DNA of 16,380 nt from an uncultured delta proteobacterium (GTDB taxonomy: Bacteria > Desulfobacterota > Binatia > UBA9968): NCBI GenBank assembly GCA_963755715.1, contig CAVWLW010000015.1:1-16380 (forward strand). The letters are read 5' to 3'. Positions 9,501-16,380 of the stretch are shown here, piece after piece. Position 1 is the stretch's first letter. Every line of letters begins with the position of its first letter. The notes beneath the pieces are model-generated. The model had not been told where the DNA came from. It saw nothing but the letters and a program-made list of their open reading frames with translations, and ran no database searches. Made by a program: the position numbers and the translations under genes.

Positions 9501-10001
9501 TCAAAACAAGATCTCCCCGGCAAATAAGATGGCGACAGGCGCTTGCATCGAATTCATCGACTTGACTGCGTTGCTGATAGCGCCGCGAACATCTTCGGTT
9601 TTTTCCACAGACCGATGCGTGATGCGCATGCTGTCGAGCAACGGCTTGGTGGCCCAACCGAACGGCACCGAAAACCAGCGTTCGTCGCCCAGCTCCCCCC
9701 GATGGCTGATCAACAGCAGCATAGGAACGCCAAACGCCATCGGTCCGCGCAAGAGAGCGTAGGTGCCTAACGTAAATCCGGTATTTTCCACCAGGAGCGC
9801 CGGTTTCATTCCGCCCAACCAGGCTCCCATGCAGACTCCGACACCGTCATTCTCGCTGGCCACTTGAACGTAGGTGATCTTGGGATCTGCTGAGAGCGGC
9901 AAGTAGAGCTCTTGGAATGCCGAGTCGGGCAGACAGGCGACGAAATTGACCCCGGATTTGACTAATGTTTCATGGGCTGCTTTGGCAGCATCGACGTTCA
10001 T
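9501..10001 (-). CDS. TPP-dependent decarboxylase alpha subunit (sulfopyruvate decarboxylase ComD / phosphonopyruvate decarboxylase N-domain-like), 166 aa
   Basis: ATG at 10001 with GGAGG upstream. GVNFVACLPDS, SENDGVGVCMGAWLGGMKPALL and LLISHRGELGD match the ComD-like pattern. Confidence 0.8.
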   Translation of the reverse strand: MNVDAAKAAHETLVKSGVNFVACLPDSAFQELYLPLSADPKITYVQVASENDGVGVCMGAWLGGMKPALLVENTGFTLGTYALLRGPMAFGVPMLLLISHRGELGDERWFSVPFGWATKPLLDSMRITHRSVEKTEDVRGAISNAVKSMNSMQAPVAILFAGEILF

Positions 10002-10047
10002 CCGATTTCTTCCTCCGAATGTTACAGCCGATTGAAGCGCATCCGAT

Positions 10048-10671
10048 TTATGCTTTGGGTGCGCCGAGAATTTCAATCTGCGCGATGCGCTCGACATGCC
10101 GGACGAATTTGTATTTGTTCTCTTGTCCATCCATTTTTGGTCCCGCGCCGCGGCCAAGGGCCTGGATCTTGGCGACGAGCATTGACGGTCCCTCGCTAGC
10201 CAAAAAAGCTTCAACTTCCGCGCGCAGCAGAGTTTTGTCGCGCAAGGTGCGCACGCTCTCGATACCGGATGCTTTGGCAATCCCGGCAATGTTCGTTCCG
10301 GTCGCGGTTTGACTCTTGGGACCGCCGCGGCTGCCGAAAAGCTGCTCGTTGTCGAAGACCACAATGTAAAGATTTTTCGGCTGACGCGTTCCAATCACCG
10401 GCAAGATGCTCGGCGCCAGCAACATACTGCCATCGGTATCCAAGGCGAAAACTCGACAATTGGGTAAAGCCGTCGCCAGACCCAAAGCCACCTGACTGAC
10501 CATCCCCATGCCGACGAGATACAGGTTTCCCGGCCGGTCGATCACTTGATAGGTGTCCGCGGTGGTGCCCGCGAGCGCGCTGACGATGAGATCCGTCTCC
10601 TTCAAAGCGGGTTTAAGTGCTGCCAAAATTTCTTGTCTTTGCGGTTTCGAATCGTCGTTGCTCATACGCAC
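10048..10671 (-). CDS. TPP-dependent decarboxylase beta subunit (ComE-like, TPP/Mg-binding domain)
   Basis: DRPGNLYLVGMGMVSQVALGLA, a TPP motif variant DTDGSMLL...VVFDN, GGPKSQT, GPSMLVAKI and KYKFVR. The start could be 10665. Confidence 0.8.
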   Translation of the reverse strand: MRMSNDDSKPQRQEILAALKPALKETDLIVSALAGTTADTYQVIDRPGNLYLVGMGMVSQVALGLATALPNCRVFALDTDGSMLLAPSILPVIGTRQPKNLYIVVFDNEQLFGSRGGPKSQTATGTNIAGIAKASGIESVRTLRDKTLLRAEVEAFLASEGPSMLVAKIQALGRGAGPKMDGQENKYKFVRHVERIAQIEILGAPKA

Positions 10672-10719
10672 TACCTTTCTTTGCTTCGCCCCAGCATGAC
10701 CAGCATTCGCCGGCTAATT

Positions 10720-11672
10720 CTACTTTCCGTCCGCGATTTCGCGCGCGACGGAGAAATCGGTAAGCTTGTCAAAGTTTGTTAGCTTGCCTTCGAAGGGCGT
10801 TCCCAAAAGCGTGTTCTCGATCGCTTTCTGTGAAGGAATGCCATTACGCGTGGCATATTTCGTTACCAGGCCATAGATATAATCCACTATACCCGTTTCG
10901 GATACGCCGAGTCGTCTCTGGATCAAGGCTTTTACTTCAACCGGTTGAGTCTGCATGAAGTCGAGCGAGCGCAGCAGTGCACGAATGCATCGTTTCACTT
11001 CATCGCGGTTTTGTTCCAGCTTTTTCTGGCTGACACCGGCGCCTGCCAGCAGGGTCTCCATATACTCACCCAAAGGAAGAAGCGTATGGCCGCCGACTTT
11101 GTGCGCGAAAAAATTCGCCGGTACCTGTGACACGATGGCGGCCAGTGTACCATTTTGCAGTCCGGCTATTCGGGCGGCATCTTCGCCGACTGCCAGCATC
11201 TTGATCTGCTTGTCGGGATCGATGCCGTTGGCCTTGAGGCCGAATCGTAGCGCGTACTCGGTAGAGGCGCCGTAACGACTGATGCCGACCGTCTTACCTT
11301 TCAGTTCGGCGAGGGATTTAATATCGTGCCGGGCAATCAATTCGAAGAAAGTGCGGTTATAAATTCCGGCGACGGTGATTAAAGGCGCGCCGGCAACGCC
11401 GGCACGGAGAACGCTCGATACGCTTTGATTGTAGTCAACGTCGCCGGTGATCAATCCTTTCACGGCGAGATCCGAGCGCATCACGACGTATTGCGCCGCG
11501 AGTCCTTCCTTTTCAAAGAATTTTTTTTCAATTGCGACGAGATAAGGGATGCTGGTCAAAGTCATCGACGACGTCGCGATGACGATGTCCTTAGCTTGAA
11601 GCGGTGTTACGCGGCCAAAACCACAAGAAGCGAGATCATACTGAAATAAGGAATCCTTAAATGAATCATCAT
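10720..11672 (-). CDS. ABC-type substrate-binding protein (NMT1/SsuA/TauA-like), one frameshift near 11610
   Basis: The 281-aa ORF 10720-11565 (AIEKKFFEKEGL, LKGKTVGISRYGAST, GIDPDK) lacks a signal peptide. Adding one base near 11610 joins MMIHLRIPYFSMISLLVVLAA to VTPLQAKDIVIATSSMTLTS. Confidence 0.8.
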
Positions 11673-11741
11673 GCTCTTAAAAATTCGCGCTAGACACAAC
11701 CATGAAAGAAATCCGCCAACGCGCCGACATCGGCATTGCGT

Positions 11742-13679
11742 GCTTCACTTCACGCCTTCTCTCTGCAGGCGATCGGTAAATTGGGTGGTGATGAAGGATT
11801 CGAGATTCATTTTCTTCACCTCCGGATCGGTCTGGGCCAAGAAATCTCTGACGACCCGGATGCCGGCCAGTGGCGGAGAAGGGATATCCTTGAGCACCTT
11901 GGCATTCATGCGCCATGTCTCTTCCAACGCCTCGCGGTCATCAAGTCGCATAAAGCGAGCGATAGCGCCGAGCGCCTGTTCTTTGTCCGTCTTGTATAGG
12001 CGGATCGCTTTGACGAAGGCGCGGAGTACGCCGTAAATCTCTTTAGGATTTTTCTCGACGCTCGATTGCATGACGACGAAGGCTCCCGACGACGAGGGAA
12101 ACCCTAGTTCGCCGAGGTCAGCGAGTTCGCGCAGCCCGGCCTTTCTTGCGACCAGCGTAAGAGGCGGGACGACAAAGGTCGATTGGACGTGACCGTTTCT
12201 GAGCGCCGCGAACCGCGCGGTCTGGGCGCCAATCTGTAAGAGCGTCACGTCCTTTTGCGCCTGCAGGCCAAACATCTCTAGAACTTTGCGCGCGCGAAAA
12301 TCGCTATAGTCGCCGAGCCGATCGATGGCCAAGCGCGTGCCTTTTAGCTCCGCGGGAGTCTTGATACTTGACTCCGCAACGAACGAAGCCACTTCCTTGT
12401 CCGTCACCCCGCCGACGAAACGTAGGTCCGCGCCGTGCGCGGCGGCGCGAATCGGGCTCGCGGCGGCGACGATGGCCATCCGAATATCCCCCGAGACGAG
12501 CGCCTGCGAGACCTGCGGCCCGCCTATGTATACGAACGTCGGTCGAATGCCTTCTTGCTCGAGCAGTTTGTGCTGCTCGATTAAACTGATGAAGGCGTAG
12601 GTGCCGCCGCGCGATACATAGCCGATGGGAAAGTCGACTTGTGCTGTAGCCGGTCGAATGGAACCAAGAATAAAGACGATCAGTAACACGGAAATACCGG
12701 AGATTTTTTGCGCAATCATTTTTACAATGTTCTATCTATGTTTAAGGAATACTTTCATCCGTATAGGTATAGAGTACTGTCCCGCCATTTACCATTTAAT
12801 GGAGTCGAGCACTTCTGGAAAATAAATCGTTGGAACTTACTGGACCCTGTAGCTGCTAAATGTTTTGTCCACGAATCCGCTCTCCGAAAGCGTTCTGATC
12901 ACGCTATCGTCCACAAGGTCGGTCACTTTAACCTCGCCGACGCGAGGATTGTAGGCTTTCATGAATCGTTGCAAGTTTTGCAGCCCTTCCACGGGTGGAT
13001 AAAGCGTAATGTCCAGATCTCTCTGCAGATAGCGATAACCTTGCTCAGCGACCGCAGGATCGCTGATTTTTAAATGCTGCATGAGTGTTTTGACGACTGT
13101 CGACTTGTGCGTAGGAGACTTCACGAAGGCAAGTCCTTCGATCAGAGCTTGAAGCACGTTTGTCGTCAGGTCGAGATTTTTTTGTAGCAAGGCTTTTCTG
13201 ACAATTATCCCGGGAACTGAGAGTCTTAATATTCGCTGCGTACAGGTCTGTGAGAATACGAAAGCCTTTCGACCGCAATTCTTCGGCGATCGCGCCGTTG
13301 AAAAAAGCTGCTTCAATATTGCCCCCCTCGAGGGCGCCTCTCAACACCGACTGGTCGCCGATGGGGAGCAATCGAATATTGTCTCGCTGTTCGTCAATGC
13401 CCAAATTCTCCAGGCCCAGTTTCGTGGTAATCCATTGGGTTCCACCGATGCTGACGACGCCGATCCGTTTACCAGTCAAGTCTTTAGGTTTTTGAATTTC
13501 CGGTTTTGTAACTAACAAATGCGTCAGACGGCTGGCAAAAGACGCTACGAATCTGAGATCCACGCCGCTCCCCGCCACAGGCAAGATTCCCGATCCGCCG
13601 CCGTAACTCAGATCGATATGCCCGGAGAGCAGTCCGGCGATTTGAACCGAAGTGGTTCTTACAAAAATCAATTCCGGAT
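11742..13679. repeat. Left arm of a ~1.94 kb imperfect inverted duplication
   Basis: The reverse complement matches 13764-15699 throughout, from ATCC(G/C)GAATTGATTTT to GAAGGCGTGAAGTGAAGC, with scattered substitutions and single-base indels. Confidence 0.97.
11745..12719 (-). CDS. ABC-type substrate-binding protein (NMT1/SsuA/TauA-like), 324 aa, copy A
   Basis: Signal peptide, PIGYVS, EQEGIRP, ALVSGDI, ELKGTRLAIDRLG and ARFAALRNGHVQ. It differs from 14722-15696 at 6 of 324 residues. Confidence 0.88.
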   Translation of the reverse strand: MIAQKISGISVLLIVFILGSIRPATAQVDFPIGYVSRGGTYAFISLIEQHKLLEQEGIRPTFVYIGGPQVSQALVSGDIRMAIVAAASPIRAAAHGADLRFVGGVTDKEVASFVAESSIKTPAELKGTRLAIDRLGDYSDFRARKVLEMFGLQAQKDVTLLQIGAQTARFAALRNGHVQSTFVVPPLTLVARKAGLRELADLGELGFPSSSGAFVVMQSSVEKNPKEIYGVLRAFVKAIRLYKTDKEQALGAIARFMRLDDREALEETWRMNAKVLKDIPSPPLAGIRVVRDFLAQTDPEVKKMNLESFITTQFTDRLQREGVK

Positions 13680-13763
13680 CGATGCCATATTTGGCGAAAA
13701 ATCCTTGTTCCTGGGCGACCCAAAGTGGCGCTACCGAAGCTTGTATCGCCGAATAGCCGATAA
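12837..13763 (-). pseudogene. ABC-type substrate-binding protein (NMT1/SsuA/TauA-like), 5'-truncated at the inversion junction, frameshift near 13213
   Basis: Reads IGYSAIQASVAPLWVAQEQGFFAKYGIDPELIFVR...DKTFSSYRVQ*. No native start or signal peptide; the apparent start at 13791 is antisense sequence of the other arm. The truncation may be an assembly artefact. Confidence 0.75.
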
Positions 13764-14604
13764 ATCCCGAATTGATTTTCGTAAGAACCACTTCGGTTCA
13801 AATCGCCGGACTGCTCTCCGGGCATATCGATCTGAGTTACGGCGGCGGATCGGGAATCTTGCCTGTGGCGGGAGCGGCGTGGATCTCAGATTCGTAGCGT
13901 CTTTTACCAGCCGCCTGACCCATTTGTTAATTACAAAACCGGAGATTCAAAAACCTAAAGATTTAACGGGTAAACGGATCGGCGTCGTCAGCATCGGCGG
14001 AACCCAATGGATTACTACGAAACTAGGGCTGGAGAATTTGGGCGTTGACGAACAGCGAGACAATATTCGATTGCTCCCCATCGGCGACCAGACGGTTTTG
14101 GAGGCGCCCTCGAGGGTGGCAATATTGAAGCGGCTTTTTTCAACGGCGCGATCGCCGAAGAATTGCGGTCGAAAGGCTTTCGTATTCTCACAGACCTGTA
14201 CGCAGCGAATATTAAGACTCTCAGTTCCGGGATAATTGTCAGAAAAGCCTTGCTACAAAAAAATCTCGAACTGACGACAAACGTGCTTCAAGCTCTGATC
14301 GAAGGACTTGCCTTCGTGAAGTCTCCTGCGCACAAGTCCGACAGTCGTCAAAACGCTCATGCAGCGTTTGAAGATCAGCGATCCTGCGGTCGCTGAGCAA
14401 GGTTATCGCTATCTGCAGAGAGATTTGGACATCACCCTTTATCCGCCCGTGGAAGGATTGCAAAACTTGCAACGATTCATGAAAGCCTACAATCCTCGTG
14501 TCGGCGAGGTTCGAGTGACCGACCTTGTCGACGATAGCGTGATCAGGACGCTTTCGGAGAGCGGATTCGTGGACAAAACATTTAGCAGCTACAGGATCCA
14601 GTAA
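13764..14604 (+). pseudogene. ABC-type substrate-binding protein, second copy, 5'-truncated, frameshifts near 13871, 14100 and 14339
   Basis: Begins abruptly at PELIFVRTTSVQIAG and ends DKTFSSYRIQ*. Alignment to the left-arm copy shows three single-base indels. Confidence 0.75.
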
Positions 14605-14721
14605 GTTCCAACGATTTATTTTCCAGAAGTGCTCGACTCCATTATTGATAAATGGCGCGACAGTACACTATACCTATACCGGATGAAAGGATTTCTTAAA
14701 CATAGATAGAACATTACAAAA

Positions 14722-15696
14722 ATGATTGCGCAAAAAATCTCCCGTATTTCCGCGTTACTGATCGTCTCTATTCTCGGTTCCATTCGACCGGCTACAGCAC
14801 AAGTCGACTTTCCCATCGGCTATGTATCGCGCGGCGGCACCTACGCCTTCATCAGTTTAATCGAGCAGCACAAACTGCTCGAGCAAGAAGGCATTCGACC
14901 GACGTTCGTATACATAGGCGGGCCGCAGGTCTCGCAGGCGCTCGTCTCGGGGGATATTCGGATGGCGATCGTCGCCGCCGCGAGCCCGATCCGCGCCGCC
15001 GCGCACGGCGCGGATCTACGTTTCGTCGGCGGCGTGACGGACAAGGAAGTGGCGTCGTTCGTTGTGGAGTCAAGTATCAAGACTCCTGCAGAGCTAAAAG
15101 GCACGCGCCTGGCCATCGATCGGCTCGGCGACTATAGCGATTTCCGCGCGCGCAAAGTGTTAGAGATGTTTGGCCTGCAGGCGCAAAAGGACGTGACGCT
15201 CTTACAGATTGGCGCCCAGACGGCGCGGTTCGCGGCGCTCAGAAACGGTCACGTCCAATCGACCTTTGTCGTGCCGCCTCTTACCCTGGTAGCGAGAAAG
15301 GCCGGGCTGCGCGAACTCGCTGACCTCGGCGAGCTCGGGTTTCCCTCGTCGTCGGGAGCCTTCGTCGTCATGCAATCGAGCGTCGAGAAAAATTCTAAAG
15401 AGATTTACGGCGTACTCCGCGCATTCGTCAAAGCGATCCGCCTATACAAGGCGGACAAAGAACAGGCGCTCGGCGCTATCGCTCGCTTTATGCGACTTGA
15501 TGACCGCGAAGCGTTGGAAGAGACATGGCGCATGAATGCCAAGGTGCTCAAGGATATCCCTTCTCCGCCACTGGCCGGCATCCGGGTCGTTAGAGATTTC
15601 TTGGCCCAGACCGATCCGGAGGTTAAGAAGATGAATCTCGAATCCTTCATCACCACCCAGTTTACCGATCGCCTGCAGAGAGAAGGCGTGAAGTGA
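14722..15696 (+). CDS. ABC-type substrate-binding protein (NMT1/SsuA/TauA-like), 324 aa, copy B
   Basis: Intact ORF nearly identical to 11745-12719, with 6 substitutions, three of them in the signal peptide. Confidence 0.88.
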   Translation: MIAQKISRISALLIVSILGSIRPATAQVDFPIGYVSRGGTYAFISLIEQHKLLEQEGIRPTFVYIGGPQVSQALVSGDIRMAIVAAASPIRAAAHGADLRFVGGVTDKEVASFVVESSIKTPAELKGTRLAIDRLGDYSDFRARKVLEMFGLQAQKDVTLLQIGAQTARFAALRNGHVQSTFVVPPLTLVARKAGLRELADLGELGFPSSSGAFVVMQSSVEKNSKEIYGVLRAFVKAIRLYKADKEQALGAIARFMRLDDREALEETWRMNAKVLKDIPSPPLAGIRVVRDFLAQTDPEVKKMNLESFITTQFTDRLQREGVK

Positions 15697-16380
15697 AGCG
15701 AAGGAACAGTGTGGGCGGTGGGCGAAATTTTCTTTTGCTGCTCGCAATCCTATCGCTGCCACTCACGCCAAAGTCCGAATGCTACGCAGCCGATAAGCCG
15801 TTGCAGAAAGTGCGCGCCGGCTACGTTAGCCCGAGCACGGATAATGTCCTGCTGCCGATCGCGCAAAAACGCGGCTTTCTCGCTCAGCACGGAATCGAAG
15901 TCGAGATCATCGCTCTGCGCGGCGGCGTGCAGATGGCGCAGGCGTTGCTTAGCGATAGCCTACAGTTCGCGCAAATGGCAGGCTCAGTAGTGGTCCGCTC
16001 GGTTTTGGCCGGCGGCGATCTCGTCATGATTGCCGGTTTCGTTAACCGAATCAGTTATCTCATGGTCTCACGGCCTAACATCAACGGCATGAAAGATTTG
16101 ACCGGCAAGAAATCGCCACGGCATCTATCGGCGGTTCGGTGGATTCAGTGCTGCGGCTCGGCCTAAAGGCTTCGGGAATCGACCCGCAGCAAGCAACCCT
16201 ATTGCCGGCGGGACCGCCGAACGCACGCATTGCCGCTCTGGCCAGCGGCCAAATGGATGCGACGATCGTGTTGCCCGAAAATCTCGGTGTTGCTGAAAAA
16301 GCCGGACTCAAAATTCTCAAAGATCTCTCAGAGGTCGACCTACAGATTCAGCACACAGGTTTGGTGAGTGGCCGATGGTG
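15693..16380 (+). CDS. ABC-type substrate-binding protein (NMT1/SsuA/TauA-like), partial, frameshift near 16111; runs off the window edge
   Basis: GTG overlaps the upstream TGA. Signal peptide followed by KVRAGYVSPS and GFLAQHGIEVE. Adding one A near 16111 continues DLTGKKIATASIGGSVDSVLRLGLKASGIDP...ARIAALASGQMDAT, open to the window end. Confidence 0.82.

Larger units (their letters stand above)
13764..15699. repeat. Right arm of a ~1.94 kb imperfect inverted duplication
   Basis: Inverted copy of 11742-13679, separated from it by the unique 84-bp spacer 13680-13763. Confidence 0.97.

Noticed and set aside
9463-10394. N-terminal extensions of ORF-track entries 8485-9657 and 9501-10394 (likewise 239-1225)
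   Set aside because: The extensions overlap upstream genes. Downstream ATGs at 9462, 10001 and 1018 give family-typical N-termini, the latter two with a clear GGAGG.
13680-13763. Missed sequencing adapter or simple single-molecule fold-back at the palindrome centre
   Set aside because: The spacer is SBP coding sequence, not adapter. The arms differ mainly at synonymous sites and lead into different flanking genes, which read error cannot produce.
13519-14235. 238-aa plus-strand ORF (and its mirror 13484-13825) crossing the junction as a novel fusion gene
   Set aside because: It is made of antisense and out-of-frame SBP sequence that enters the true frame only through the indel near 13871. 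It has no RBS or signal peptide.
11742-15699. Composite transposon, invertible shufflon or IS terminal repeats
   Set aside because: No transposase or recombinase gene and no target-site duplication are visible, and the arms consist of ordinary SBP genes.

Overview
This GC-rich bacterial window holds a co-oriented minus-strand catabolic gene cluster (1-13763) and a short plus-strand stretch. In transcription order the cluster encodes: three NMT1/SsuA/TauA-type substrate-binding proteins (SBPs); the beta then alpha subunits of a ComE/ComD-like TPP-dependent decarboxylase; another SBP; a DUF3891-like protein; two SDRs; a three-subunit xanthine-dehydrogenase-family molybdenum hydroxylase (M-S-L); an Amidohydro_2 enzyme; a second DUF3891-like protein; and the start of another SBP. 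No permease, ATPase, regulator or Moco-maturation gene is visible. The right third contains a ~1.94 kb imperfect inverted duplication (11742-13679 vs 13764-15699) around an 84-bp spacer. Its junction removes the 5' ends of both copies of one SBP gene, yet the arms differ mostly at synonymous sites and run into different downstream genes. A nested REP-like palindromic element lies between the S and L subunit genes. Ten single-base frameshifts look like uncorrected long-read errors. All family assignments come from motif recognition, not database searches.
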